DNA of 64,000 bases from Lachnospiraceae bacterium (lineage in GTDB: Bacteria > Bacillota > Clostridia > Lachnospirales > Lachnospiraceae), in contig JAZQOC010000037.1 in NCBI GenBank assembly GCA_045627645.1, forward strand, positions 17,515-81,514, read 5' to 3'. Position numbers and translations under genes: made by a program. How positions within the stretch are numbered: position 1 is the stretch's first letter; every line of letters starts with the position of its first letter. The notes under the pieces were generated by a model. That model made no database searches. It was not told the origin of the DNA and saw nothing but the letters and a program-made list of their open reading frames with translations. Shown here piece after piece: positions 11,101 to 20,127 of the stretch.

Positions 11101-11631
11101 AGTGGTAATATAAGACTCTCCTATGTATTCCCTGAACTTAGAATACAATACGGAAAGATCTGTGAGCTTAGCCTTCAAAGCCCCTTTACCAGAGCTGTAC
11201 TCAATGAGCTGTTTTAGTTCTTCATCTCCGATACCATACTGCATAAACTCCGATATGGAAGACTTAATCTCATGTATAAAGCCTGTTCTCTTAAGATTGC
11301 CAGAAATATATGGCACGTCATCAATAACCTGAGAAACCAGCTTTCTTAGTACAAGGCTTTTTCCTGTATCATCCAAAACAAGTTTATCAACAGCATTGGT
11401 TTCTTCGAAAATGCGATGTGCCAATCTTGAAAAGCTTAAGACATCAATATTCATAATGCCTTTTCCCGGACTATGCTCAACCATATCCATCTGGGTCTGC
11501 ATGGTAAACTGGTCTGGCACTATCACAAAATATCTCTTATCTCTGTGTTCTCCAGCTTCTTCAGTAATCAGCTTGTATATATATTCACTTTTTCCTGTGC
11601 CACTGGCACCTATTATTATATTCAGACTCAT
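8146..11631 (-). CDS. addB: Helicase-exonuclease AddAB subunit AddB
   Basis: GASGTGKS, VPDQFT, DGFTGFT, GRIDRID...IDYKTG, QLVVY, and Fe-S cysteines (CAY...CTYCTYRGIC). Overlaps the addA start. Confidence 0.95.
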   Translation of the reverse strand: MSLNIIIGASGTGKSEYIYKLITEEAGEHRDKRYFVIVPDQFTMQTQMDMVEHSPGKGIMNIDVLSFSRLAHRIFEETNAVDKLVLDDTGKSLVLRKLVSQVIDDVPYISGNLKRTGFIHEIKSSISEFMQYGIGDEELKQLIEYSSGKGALKAKLTDLSVLYSKFREYIGESYITTEESMDLLAKQLLESNLIKNSVVVFDGFTGFTPVQMRVLGRLFRLCDEVYITLTLDGEKTGCKDEAHELFAFTAKSYAGLMKLASDVGVDVKINDAFSTNYRFKDKTDLLYLERNIFRSIPKDKVFAEAPEHIELYEAADIQSEAGLVAQKIRELVAGGNQYRDIAVVTGNLGDYENHISREFAKFDIPVYMDKTRAVVLNPIVEFTKSMLRIFIKNFDADSVCRFLRTGLGGFDMEQVDVFDNFCQKSGLRGKKAYTDFDEYKSKYIEKKKKAGKLSDRAEKELEVVSQIVEKLGGIIAPALDKGITATGLKPVTTYVEALYECYLKADAYSSLKAYEEKFKEEGNYIREKEYSQVYRATMELLEQIHSLLGNEEIALEEFSDILEAGFDEITLGTIPQSVDKVIVGDIERSRLKPVKYLFFMGLMDGNIPKKGGKTSILSDMEREFLAGNGQNLELSPTPHQKMFIQRFYLYSNLVKPSEKLILSFSKMDNAGKSLRPAYIIPMLKRMYPKLECTCASANRGLDKVANMDDLKDFICALIRKYGETGLNSEEHKELMDAMSVLSEVDDGYRQLLEMFIENSFYRYEDKKLDGVIAGILYGETLLASISRMEQYAECAYAYFLKYGLSLKEKQLYQIDNRDMGTIFHETLKAYGKILEERQISWMDISKQESKEILDKQLRIVCGNLGKNSFSECKADEYIYGRMSKVLYKAADTLTYQLKAGQYEVFRLEEDFDRYQVIDELNLATKVQESMKINGRIDRIDTMDTGDNVYVKVIDYKTGDKDFSLLNFYHGTQLQLVVYLNEAVRKVKSLNKDKAVVPGALLYYHLADDMVKADLGDDEETINSKIRESLKTKGLINDDETSIKGISGIESTGKSDVVPVSINKDGSYSKTSSVMSLENIRLLQDFAGYKIRNIGDDIIQGKIGMNPLKESYDRDSCTYCTYRGICEFDERIDGFNKVSLKKEADEVLLDMMKQEMEAEENG

Positions 11632-11697
11632 ATGTTCAGATTACACCCTTCAGTGTCCAATTTAATTCTCTCAATCAATTATTAACAATTATACAAC

Positions 11698-11725
11698 AAA
11701 AAAGGATAGGTATTTCTACCTATCC
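11698..11725 (-). terminator. Terminator of the HD-GYP pair, overlapping the stop codon
   Basis: Minus strand GGATAGGTA-GAAA-TACCTATCC perfect stem followed by T6. Confidence 0.8.
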
Positions 11726-12892
11726 AAATATTTTATCCTCTTCCGCCTTTTTTATTTCCTCGTTTAACAGCTTACATGCCGCTTCAACTATTCTTACATC
11801 ATAAGCTTTTCCAGCCTCAGCCGTAAGTTCCTCAATAATATGCTGATAGCTTTCCTCTTTGTATATCAGTCGTGAGATAAAATTAGCTACGCCTACCACT
11901 CTCGCAACTTCCGGTATCTCATTTCCACGAATTCCCTTATAACCATTGCCCTTCCATTTTTCATGATGGTATAGTGCTGCATCAGATATCTCTTCAAGTC
12001 TCAGCTTCTTAACAATATCGTATCCTATGTCAACATGCTGTCTGTACGCCTCATATTCTTCGTCTGTAAGCTCATATTTGTCCCAGAACTCATCAGGAAG
12101 GCCAATCTTACCTATGTCATGCAATAGTCCCGCGTAATAGTATCGTCTCTTTGAAGCTGTCTGAATTCCCATCTCCACAGCCAGTCTATTGGTCCATTCT
12201 GCAGTGCATTCACTATGTTGTGCTATGGCCGGAGATTTAGCAGCCATGGTCTTATGCATGGTAAGAAGAATCTTAAGGGAAATATCCGTTCTATCCTCTT
12301 TTCCTCTTGCTATCAGCTCATTAAGGTTATTCTTATAATTTCTCTGTGCAATATCATACTTGTTCATTCCATACACAATAAACATCGCCACCGACAGAAA
12401 GCATATCATCATATATGGAAAACGCTCACAGAATTTCTGTGAATAAGCTTCATGGATCCAATCCAGGGAATCAATACTAAATAAAACCGTTATAAATCCA
12501 AAGTTAATGAAGGCAAGTAGATTCCCCCACATAAGTCCCAGCAAAAATATTGCAATAACACCTATGGTAATACAGATAAAGCAGGAAGCAAATCCCAGTT
12601 CACCCGACATGAATACAGAATCAACCACGCCTGTAACTATGGTAAGACAGATTACATCAATGTACAAAAATACGCCTTTGTTGGTAATGAGCGCGTCAAA
12701 AAACCACACAAAAACAGCCAGCGAAAATAAAGCCATAGATGTATATGACTTCAACTGATATGAATAAAAAATCGCCCATACTGTAAGAAAGCACATTACT
12801 CGCTTAATCGACAACGACATCATAACATTATTTGGTTTTTCAACAGCACACTCCCAAATCTGTGAGAGTCTTCTCTCAATTGTCGTCCTCAT
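11720..12892 (-). CDS. Membrane-bound HD-GYP-like protein with degenerate catalytic motifs
   Basis: About 5-6 TM helices, then LHDIGK and HHE. GYP is replaced by GYK, AD..DAM by ANFISRL, and RxYR is absent. Confidence 0.8.
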   Translation of the reverse strand: MRTTIERRLSQIWECAVEKPNNVMMSLSIKRVMCFLTVWAIFYSYQLKSYTSMALFSLAVFVWFFDALITNKGVFLYIDVICLTIVTGVVDSVFMSGELGFASCFICITIGVIAIFLLGLMWGNLLAFINFGFITVLFSIDSLDWIHEAYSQKFCERFPYMMICFLSVAMFIVYGMNKYDIAQRNYKNNLNELIARGKEDRTDISLKILLTMHKTMAAKSPAIAQHSECTAEWTNRLAVEMGIQTASKRRYYYAGLLHDIGKIGLPDEFWDKYELTDEEYEAYRQHVDIGYDIVKKLRLEEISDAALYHHEKWKGNGYKGIRGNEIPEVARVVGVANFISRLIYKEESYQHIIEELTAEAGKAYDVRIVEAACKLLNEEIKKAEEDKIFG

Positions 12893-14087
12893 CTGCTACA
12901 ATCTTTATCTTTCCTTCTTCAATCAACTGGCACACCACTTCTGCTATGTTTTCATCAAACTGTGCACCATGGTCATTTTTAAATGCATTAAGTATATATT
13001 CTCTGCTACAGGCTTTTCTGTATACTCGACTGGAATTCATGGCATCCAGCGCATCAGCAACAGTGATAATTCTGGCTTCAATCGGAATATCTGTTCCCTT
13101 AACACCGTTTGGATATCCCTTTCCATCAAACTGCTCATGATGGTACAGCGCTCCGTAGGAAATCTTTGGAAAGAAGGTCATTTCTTTAAGAATATCCGCT
13201 CCCCAGACAGTGTGCTTCTTCATAATCTCATACTGTTCATCATCAAGTCCCTGTCTGTTATTAAGAATCTTATCAGGTACAGCAACCTTGCCTATATCAT
13301 GAAGATATGCCGCGTTATAAATAGTCCTTAAGGCCTTAGGATTGCCCGCATAACCACAATGTTCTGCAATAAGCTTTGAATACTTGGCTACACGAACGGA
13401 ATGCTCCTTGGTATAGGCATCCTTTTCATCAATAAGGGTTGAAATAATTGCTATGGAATCAAACATAGCCTGGTCAATATCTTCAAGAGCCACATCCAGA
13501 TCCTGATGTAACAGACTCTTTTGCTTATCATATTCCATACAGCTCTTTCGGTAGTAAAGATTGCCCACAAAAGAAGCTATAAAGTCTAACATATACATCC
13601 AAGGAAATGACTTAGCCATTTCATCCGCATAATGATAAGGCAGCATATCTTTAATCGGTGTCCAGAATATAACAATACTGTACACAAGAAAAAATGTGCA
13701 CCACGGAAGTCCCACAGGCATTCCAAACTGAATCATAAGCGCAAAAATAGCAAGGTACGACCACAGATAGCTGGTACCCTCATTTACTCCAAATAAACCA
13801 TATAAAGTTAGTGCAACTCCGATGAAAATAATGACATGCGTGACAAAGCGCTTTTTATCTACCACTCTCTTTAAGATAATAGGCACCAAAAACATGGCCG
13901 TACCAACCAGATATGTTGGTATAACCACTCTAAGATCATCAACGTTTTTGAAATTAACAATGTAGATAATTAATCCAAAAAATGCGGAAACGTAGCCTAC
14001 AATATCATAGTCCACTTCCATATCCTTCTCATAATTGTAAACATCAATTATGAACTTTGGAACTGTAAAAAATTCCTTCATCTTCAT
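12876..14087 (-). CDS. Membrane-bound HD-GYP c-di-GMP phosphodiesterase
   Basis: About 6 TM helices, then DEKDAYTKEHS, LHDIGK, HHEQFDGKGYP and ADALDAMNSSRVYRK. Confidence 0.9.
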   Translation of the reverse strand: MKMKEFFTVPKFIIDVYNYEKDMEVDYDIVGYVSAFFGLIIYIVNFKNVDDLRVVIPTYLVGTAMFLVPIILKRVVDKKRFVTHVIIFIGVALTLYGLFGVNEGTSYLWSYLAIFALMIQFGMPVGLPWCTFFLVYSIVIFWTPIKDMLPYHYADEMAKSFPWMYMLDFIASFVGNLYYRKSCMEYDKQKSLLHQDLDVALEDIDQAMFDSIAIISTLIDEKDAYTKEHSVRVAKYSKLIAEHCGYAGNPKALRTIYNAAYLHDIGKVAVPDKILNNRQGLDDEQYEIMKKHTVWGADILKEMTFFPKISYGALYHHEQFDGKGYPNGVKGTDIPIEARIITVADALDAMNSSRVYRKACSREYILNAFKNDHGAQFDENIAEVVCQLIEEGKIKIVADEDDN

Positions 14088-14141
14088 TCCCCTGTTAGGC
14101 CTTCACCCCCAACGGGTTTATTATAGCAAGAATTCAGGCAT

Positions 14142-14170
14142 AAAAAAAGGGGATGAGCTATCTCATCCCC
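14142..14170 (-). terminator. Terminator after the NCS2 permease gene
   Basis: Stem GGGGATGAG/CTCATCCCC with a minus-strand T7 tail. Confidence 0.85.
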
Positions 14171-14184
14171 AAATTCAGCATTTT

Positions 14185-15546
14185 TTAGTTTTCTGGGCCA
14201 TTTTTACAAAGGAGATTTGTCAAAATACCAAGAATAAGTGCACAAGCAACCTCTGTGATTGTTACTGCTCCAAAATTAACTGTAAGTCCACCGATACCTG
14301 CAATAAGAATTACAGATACAACAAAGAGATTCTTGTTCTGGTTAAGATCTACATCCTGAATCATCTTAAGACCTGAAACAGCGATGAATCCATAAAGTGC
14401 CATACAAACACCACCCATTACACAAGATGGAATAGAGTTAACAAATGCTACGAATGGAGCAAGGAAAGAAATGAGAATTGCTCCAACTGCTGCAGCGATA
14501 ATTGTATATACACTGGCATTCTTTGTAATAGCTACACAACCGATTGACTCGCCGTATGTTGTATTAGGACATCCGCCGAAGATCGCACCTACCATAGAAC
14601 CTACACCATCACCAAGAAGTGTTCTATGAAGACCTGGATCCTTAAGAAGATCTTTCTCAATAATAGAAGAAATATTCTTGTGGTCTGCAATATGCTCAGC
14701 AAATACTACGAAAGCAACTGGAACATATGCAACGAATACTGTAAGTACATAACTTCCACTGAAACCATCTGCAAATGCACCCATAGCAGTTACAAATGTA
14801 AATGCTGGTAATGTAAAGAATGTAGATGCTCCAACTCCATCTGCAACAAGTGCCTTGAATGGTGAAACATCAAGAACCATAAGTGCATCTGTACCTGTTG
14901 CACTACCAATAATTGTAAATACTGCTGCAACAGCGTAACCAGCAAGAATACCAAAGATAAATGGAATAAGTTTTCCAGCCTTCTTGCCATATACCGAACT
15001 AACCATTGTTACTGCGATAGTAACAAGACCACATAAAAGGGCGATCTTAGGCTCTGCCACTGCTGCACCATCAAACTTTACACCACCTGTAACAATATCT
15101 CCCATTGCATTTCCAGCAAGTGAAAGTCCGATAATTGCTACTGTAGGTCCAATAACAACTGTTGGCATAAGCTTGTCAATCCAGTCAACACCAACAAACT
15201 TAACTATAAGTGCGATTACCACATATACAAGACCTGCGAAAATTGCACCAAGGATAAGTCCAAGATAACCAACTGCTACTGTACCTGCTCCAGCAAATGC
15301 AGCTGCCATAGATCCAAGGAAAGCGAAAGACGAACCAAGGAATACAGGGCTCTTCTTCTTTGTAAACAATACGTAAATAATTGTTCCTACACCTGCGCCG
15401 AAAAGTGCGGCTGCTGGCTGCATACCATTTCCTACAATTACTGGTACTACCAAAGTAGCTGCCATAATAGCAAGAAGCTGCTGAATTGCGAATACAATCA
15501 GCTGTCCAAACTTAGGTTTGTCATCAACCTGATAAATAAGTTTCAT
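14185..15546 (-). CDS. NCS2/NAT family nucleobase permease (UraA-like, probably uracil)
   Basis: LGSSFAF, EHIADH, RTLLGDG and NAT motif PNTTYGESIGCVAITK; many TM helices. Confidence 0.9.
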   Translation of the reverse strand: MKLIYQVDDKPKFGQLIVFAIQQLLAIMAATLVVPVIVGNGMQPAAALFGAGVGTIIYVLFTKKKSPVFLGSSFAFLGSMAAAFAGAGTVAVGYLGLILGAIFAGLVYVVIALIVKFVGVDWIDKLMPTVVIGPTVAIIGLSLAGNAMGDIVTGGVKFDGAAVAEPKIALLCGLVTIAVTMVSSVYGKKAGKLIPFIFGILAGYAVAAVFTIIGSATGTDALMVLDVSPFKALVADGVGASTFFTLPAFTFVTAMGAFADGFSGSYVLTVFVAYVPVAFVVFAEHIADHKNISSIIEKDLLKDPGLHRTLLGDGVGSMVGAIFGGCPNTTYGESIGCVAITKNASVYTIIAAAVGAILISFLAPFVAFVNSIPSCVMGGVCMALYGFIAVSGLKMIQDVDLNQNKNLFVVSVILIAGIGGLTVNFGAVTITEVACALILGILTNLLCKNGPEN

Positions 15547-15696
15547 AAGATCCTCCCTACATAATTTATTTAGTTTTGGGCAAAAAAAAATACAAAAAAG
15601 TATTTTCTTTCCCTAAGTTCAAGGTTATCATAGGCATTTTTATTTGTAAAGAATTTGTGGTAGAATATACATGTATTTTTTAAGGAGAAAAGGCTC

Positions 15697-16485
15697 ATGA
15701 AAGAGAAATTGTATACAATACCAATCAATGACGCAGTCAACGCTGACGACGAGTGTCCAATGTGCTTTATCGAGCGTTCTATCGAGCAGGATCTTATGGA
15801 TTTTGTACTTGGAAGCGGGTCCACATATATGGAATCTGATGTCAGGGAAAAAACAGATAACGCAGGCTTTTGTCGTGCTCATTTTAAGAAGATGTACGAT
15901 TACGGTAACACGCTTGGAAACGCATGGATTATGAAGACTCATATGAAGAAGATGATGGACGAGATGTGGCAGGCCAAAACTCTTTATGCCGTTACGAAGA
16001 ATGGTCCACTCTCCATGCTTAAACGTTCCAGCACTCCTGGTGCCAACGCATTCAGTGCCTGGGTTGAGAAACGCGGTAAAAAATGCTACATCTGCAACGC
16101 ATTTGAAGAGAATTACGACAGATACATGTTAACCTTCTTCGAGATGTACTTTAATGACAGCGAATTTAAGACAAAAGTTAATTCCCACAAAGGATTCTGC
16201 CTTCCACACTTTGGAGATCTGCTTAATTACGCTTCTTGTCATCTGTCAGAAAAGCAGCAGCAGGAATTTGCCAATACCTTCTTCCCGCTTATGGAAGAAA
16301 GCATGAAGCGACTCTATGGTGATGTCTCATGGCTTATCGAGAAGTTTGATTACAGATATAAGGATGCCGACTGGGGCAATTCCCGTGAAGCACTCCAAAA
16401 CTGTATGCAGAAATTAAAAGGTGGCTACCCAGCTGATCCTGTTTACAAACAACAGAAAAAGCCTAGCACACCACCTGTAAGATAA
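15697..16485 (+). CDS. Conserved hypothetical protein (DUF6062-like) with duplicated CxxC...CxxH motifs
   Basis: RBS AAGGAG; ECPMC...GFCRAHF and KCYIC...GFCLPHF; ends KFDYRY...WG. Confidence 0.8.
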   Translation: MKEKLYTIPINDAVNADDECPMCFIERSIEQDLMDFVLGSGSTYMESDVREKTDNAGFCRAHFKKMYDYGNTLGNAWIMKTHMKKMMDEMWQAKTLYAVTKNGPLSMLKRSSTPGANAFSAWVEKRGKKCYICNAFEENYDRYMLTFFEMYFNDSEFKTKVNSHKGFCLPHFGDLLNYASCHLSEKQQQEFANTFFPLMEESMKRLYGDVSWLIEKFDYRYKDADWGNSREALQNCMQKLKGGYPADPVYKQQKKPSTPPVR

Positions 16486-16488
16486 TTC

Positions 16489-19239
16489 TTAATCTATATA
16501 CTTTTTAAAGAAGTTTATTTCATCGTCGTTGGCCTGCTTAGCATCCTCTGACTTGATATCACAATGGAATACATGGTAAAGCGGTTTCTCAGCACTTCCG
16601 TAGAGTTTATAATCACACTCAACGTTCTTAGCCTGGAGAAGTTCAAACATCATTTTACCATCTTCCTTAAGAAAGTCATGGCTGGCAGTCAACACATACG
16701 ATGGAGGAAAATCCTCAGTCACGTAATGAGCTGGCGACATCATATCTCTTTCCTCGTCAGTACCCTCACCTTTAAGCAAATCAGTCATAAAACTCGTCAC
16801 TGGTCCAATAGACGCTTCATACACACCACAGTTTAATCCCACAGCTTTGAGTTTAAGGCCTTCAGGCGCTTTAAAACTATATTTACCCGCATATACCGGA
16901 TTGGTAAGAATACAGCTGTATATCGATATATTCTGTCCACCTGCAGAATCCCCTACCGCAAATATATTATTCACGTCCATGCCATATTCATCAGCATGTT
17001 CCATTACCCATGTAAATACAGTATTGGTATCCTCTATCGCTGCAGGGTATTTATGCTCAGGAGCAAGTCTGTAGGAGAAATTCACAGCCACAAAACCACG
17101 CTGTGCCAGATTCATGCAGTAGTACTGATAAATCTCTTTATTTCCATATACCCAGCCACCACCATGAACGCTTACTATAACCGGAAGTTTCTTGCTTCCT
17201 GCATTCTTTGGTCTGTATACATCCATAACCTGCATCGGATCATCCCCGTATGCAATATTGTCAAATCTTTCGATGTCTTCGGGCGTAGTTAAGCCAATAT
17301 CTCTTAAAGTATCCGCTATTATGCAATTCTCCCTAAACATATGACTATCCCAGGAAATACGCAGCTTAACAAGCATAGCCATAGCACTAAAGTCTTTATC
17401 TGCTACACCGTATGTAGACAATACATCAAATTCTGGAAAATTAATATTATTTCCCTTAACAAACTCCTCATAATCCACTGAGGCGCCAAATCTGTGATAT
17501 ACGATAAGTGCATTTTTTCCAAGGATTCTATAAACAGCCTGGCCACCCGTAGGATTATTATAACTGTCAGTGTCTGCCTTAGATATTACGGTTCTGCCAT
17601 CCTTAATAATATCTGAAACCGACTTGTAAAATGACATACCCTCATCTATCAGTTTCCACTGATGTTCTGACAAATCATAGATATCTCCACTAAGGCCCAT
17701 ACGTCCTAACAATGGCGCACACATTGAATAATATATTCTTTCATCAGAGTCTGCAGCTCTCATAACAGCCCAAATCTGATTCTGTGATGGCTTAACCATC
17801 TTCTGCAGATTGGCCGCAATTAGCGGAAGTGATGTAATCTCATGGGCATCTGAGAAGCTCGCCTGAGAAGACAATTCCATCATGGATGGCTCAAGCCTGT
17901 GTCCGCCGCTTGAACAGTTCTCAATGACAAGCTCAGGCATCTCTTCCTTCATCTTTTTAAAAAAATTCTGTGTGGCGATGACTTTTCTTCTTAAGTTTTC
18001 GCCCAAGCTCTCGTCGCCGTCACAGCCCATTCCCATGGTATCGTTATAATCAACCTTTATATATCCAAATCCAGCTTCTTTAAGCAAATCGATTACATTT
18101 TTCGACAAATGTGAAATAACCCATGGATCTTCCATATCCAGGAATCTTCTGCCACCGATAGTAAGCGGCACGCCATCCTTTTTAACAAGATGCTCAGGCT
18201 GGTTAAATAATTCGCATTTAGGAGCCACAGATTCGAATTCAAACCAGATACCAGGTATCATCCCCTTTGATCTGATATAATCAGCAGTTTCTTTAAGCCC
18301 ATTAGGGAATCTGTTCCTGTTGATGCTCCAGTCTCCCAGATAATCCCACCAGTAACCATCATCTTTTCCATACCAGCCAGAATCGATAACAAGGAATTGA
18401 ATATCCTTCCCCTCAAGCTTATCTACCACGGTCTTTAGGTTCTCTGATGTAGGTTTTCCCCATGTAGCACAGTATTCATTGAACACAATACCCATCTTAT
18501 TGTCTACCGGACTAACATTTGGATTTTGCGCTTTCACAAGGCACTCACATACCTCTTCAAGGGATCGTCCCATCGCAGCAACTGCCTTTGGTGCTACAAA
18601 TGTTTCACCCACGCCCACAGTTTTTGTCCAATTACCAAAATCTCTGTCAGCAATACCACCAGCCACCGTAAGAGTATCATCATGTCTGCACACAATCTCA
18701 ATCTGCCATGATACCGGAGAATAGAGCTGCACTCCATAAAACATGCTCATAGAACTGTCTTCAAGTACAACCATTGGAAAATATCTTCTTACAGGCATAG
18801 AACCCACATTACCAAATTTCTCAACGCGAACGGCCATATTATTCCAGGACTTTTCGAGATTTAATTCATTAACCGTATCAACCTTATGTCTTCCCTCTGC
18901 GCTCCAAAATGATGTAAATCTGTGTATTTTATCAGCCTTAATTCCCTCAATCAAAAAAGATGTAATCATTTCCAAAGTCACAGGCTTGTCTGAATTATTA
19001 GTAAATGTCGTCTGGATATGAGCAGCATTATTTACCATGTCAGGCATATAATCCACATTAATAGCCATATCATCTTCTGACTTAAGAACTGTATGCAATG
19101 GTGGCAGCATATCATTTGGTGCCTCCGAGCATTCTTCCCTAAATTTACCCATAGTAGAACTGTCAAGCATGGTCAGTCCACATGAATAAAAGCCACAGTA
19201 CTCATCCCCAATAATTTTAATCTGTCCGCTACACTTCAT
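16489..19239 (-). CDS. GH36 alpha-galactosidase fused to a C-terminal alpha/beta-hydrolase (HSL-type esterase)
   Basis: GH36: FLVIDSGW, GDW, FPNGL, GIWFEFE, YIKVDYN, ENCSSGG, FSD. Esterase: VHGGGW, YRLAPE, GDSAGG, D (HDFL), H (YHVF). One uninterrupted frame. Confidence 0.88.
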   Translation of the reverse strand: MKCSGQIKIIGDEYCGFYSCGLTMLDSSTMGKFREECSEAPNDMLPPLHTVLKSEDDMAINVDYMPDMVNNAAHIQTTFTNNSDKPVTLEMITSFLIEGIKADKIHRFTSFWSAEGRHKVDTVNELNLEKSWNNMAVRVEKFGNVGSMPVRRYFPMVVLEDSSMSMFYGVQLYSPVSWQIEIVCRHDDTLTVAGGIADRDFGNWTKTVGVGETFVAPKAVAAMGRSLEEVCECLVKAQNPNVSPVDNKMGIVFNEYCATWGKPTSENLKTVVDKLEGKDIQFLVIDSGWYGKDDGYWWDYLGDWSINRNRFPNGLKETADYIRSKGMIPGIWFEFESVAPKCELFNQPEHLVKKDGVPLTIGGRRFLDMEDPWVISHLSKNVIDLLKEAGFGYIKVDYNDTMGMGCDGDESLGENLRRKVIATQNFFKKMKEEMPELVIENCSSGGHRLEPSMMELSSQASFSDAHEITSLPLIAANLQKMVKPSQNQIWAVMRAADSDERIYYSMCAPLLGRMGLSGDIYDLSEHQWKLIDEGMSFYKSVSDIIKDGRTVISKADTDSYNNPTGGQAVYRILGKNALIVYHRFGASVDYEEFVKGNNINFPEFDVLSTYGVADKDFSAMAMLVKLRISWDSHMFRENCIIADTLRDIGLTTPEDIERFDNIAYGDDPMQVMDVYRPKNAGSKKLPVIVSVHGGGWVYGNKEIYQYYCMNLAQRGFVAVNFSYRLAPEHKYPAAIEDTNTVFTWVMEHADEYGMDVNNIFAVGDSAGGQNISIYSCILTNPVYAGKYSFKAPEGLKLKAVGLNCGVYEASIGPVTSFMTDLLKGEGTDEERDMMSPAHYVTEDFPPSYVLTASHDFLKEDGKMMFELLQAKNVECDYKLYGSAEKPLYHVFHCDIKSEDAKQANDDEINFFKKYID

Positions 19240-19268
19240 ATATTTTCTCCTTCTTTCCCAAAGGTAAC

Positions 19269-19297
19269 AAAAAGCATACCATAAAAGGTATGCTTTT
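19269..19297 (-). terminator. Perfect hairpin between tetR and the GH36 fusion gene (terminator, possibly an operator)
   Basis: AAAAGCATACC-N6-GGTATGCTTTT. Confidence 0.65.
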
Positions 19298-19317
19298 AAA
19301 TAATCTTATTTATTATT

Positions 19318-19917
19318 TTAATCCACAGCCAGCTGTTTGAATACCCTGAGATATTCAACAATCTGCTTATTAAGCTTTTCTGGTCTAAACTCCGCATCAT
19401 TCATACTTTCAGCGGTAAGTCCCTTAACTGTATAACCAATCATCTTTTCTAACTGCTCAAGATCTATACCAGCCTTAAGTCTAGGACTTTCTGCCTTAGA
19501 CTTATATCTTTCAATAGTGTCCTTGTATGCACGAATTGCGCCCTTGCCTGTTTCGTCAAGTTCAACCTTATCTTCTGTAACACAGCGTGATAAGAACTCA
19601 TTCATATAAGGATAATTACGCAATACATTGAGCTTTGCTGTTTCTAGCTTCTCAAGGAAATCAAAGTAATCTTTCTCTTCACCAATAGTACGTGAAAACT
19701 CAAAGTTTAGATACTTTGCACTGTAATCAATAAGAAATGAGTAAAGTCCCATCTTATTGGTAAAATAGTGGAACAGAAGTCCCTTACTGATACCAGCCTC
19801 CTTAACAATATCATCTGTGCTGGCATGTTTATATCCGTTAATCGCAAATATTTTTAACGCTGCGTTAATCATGCGATCCTGTTTTTCACTCTTTAAATCA
19901 AAAAACTTGTCATTCAC
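19318..19917 (-). CDS. TetR/AcrR family transcriptional regulator
   Basis: N-terminal HTH FAINGYKHASTDDIVKEAGISKGLLFHYFTNK; GTG start. Confidence 0.92.
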   Translation of the reverse strand: MNDKFFDLKSEKQDRMINAALKIFAINGYKHASTDDIVKEAGISKGLLFHYFTNKMGLYSFLIDYSAKYLNFEFSRTIGEEKDYFDFLEKLETAKLNVLRNYPYMNEFLSRCVTEDKVELDETGKGAIRAYKDTIERYKSKAESPRLKAGIDLEQLEKMIGYTVKGLTAESMNDAEFRPEKLNKQIVEYLRVFKQLAVD

Positions 19918-19955
19918 CTGAAAATACCTTCAATTCCAATTCCTTCGCCGTCATG

Positions 19956-19972
19956 TTGACTAGCATAGACAA
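19956..19972. promoter_or_regulatory. Imperfect palindrome upstream of tetR; autoregulatory operator candidate
   Basis: TTGACTA-GCA-TAGACAA, one mismatch. Confidence 0.4.
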
Positions 19973-20127
19973 TCCTATCACAGTTTTTTACAGCAAACAA
20001 TGGCTATAAACAAACTAGTATATAACTTTTTTTCACACACAACATATTGTATTTTCAAGGTTTTTCTTGTTTTCTTTTTTCAATGGATTATAATAGATAT
20101 AAGGGTTAGCGAAGGGAGATTTAACTT

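Noticed and set aside
15547-15696. PyrR attenuator or purine riboswitch upstream of the NCS2 permease
   Set aside because: The region is short and AT-rich; no PyrR-binding loop motif or terminator/antiterminator structure is visible.
15570-15942. Two minus-strand ORFs (84 and 100 aa)
   Set aside because: They overlap the better supported plus-strand gene and the promoter region.
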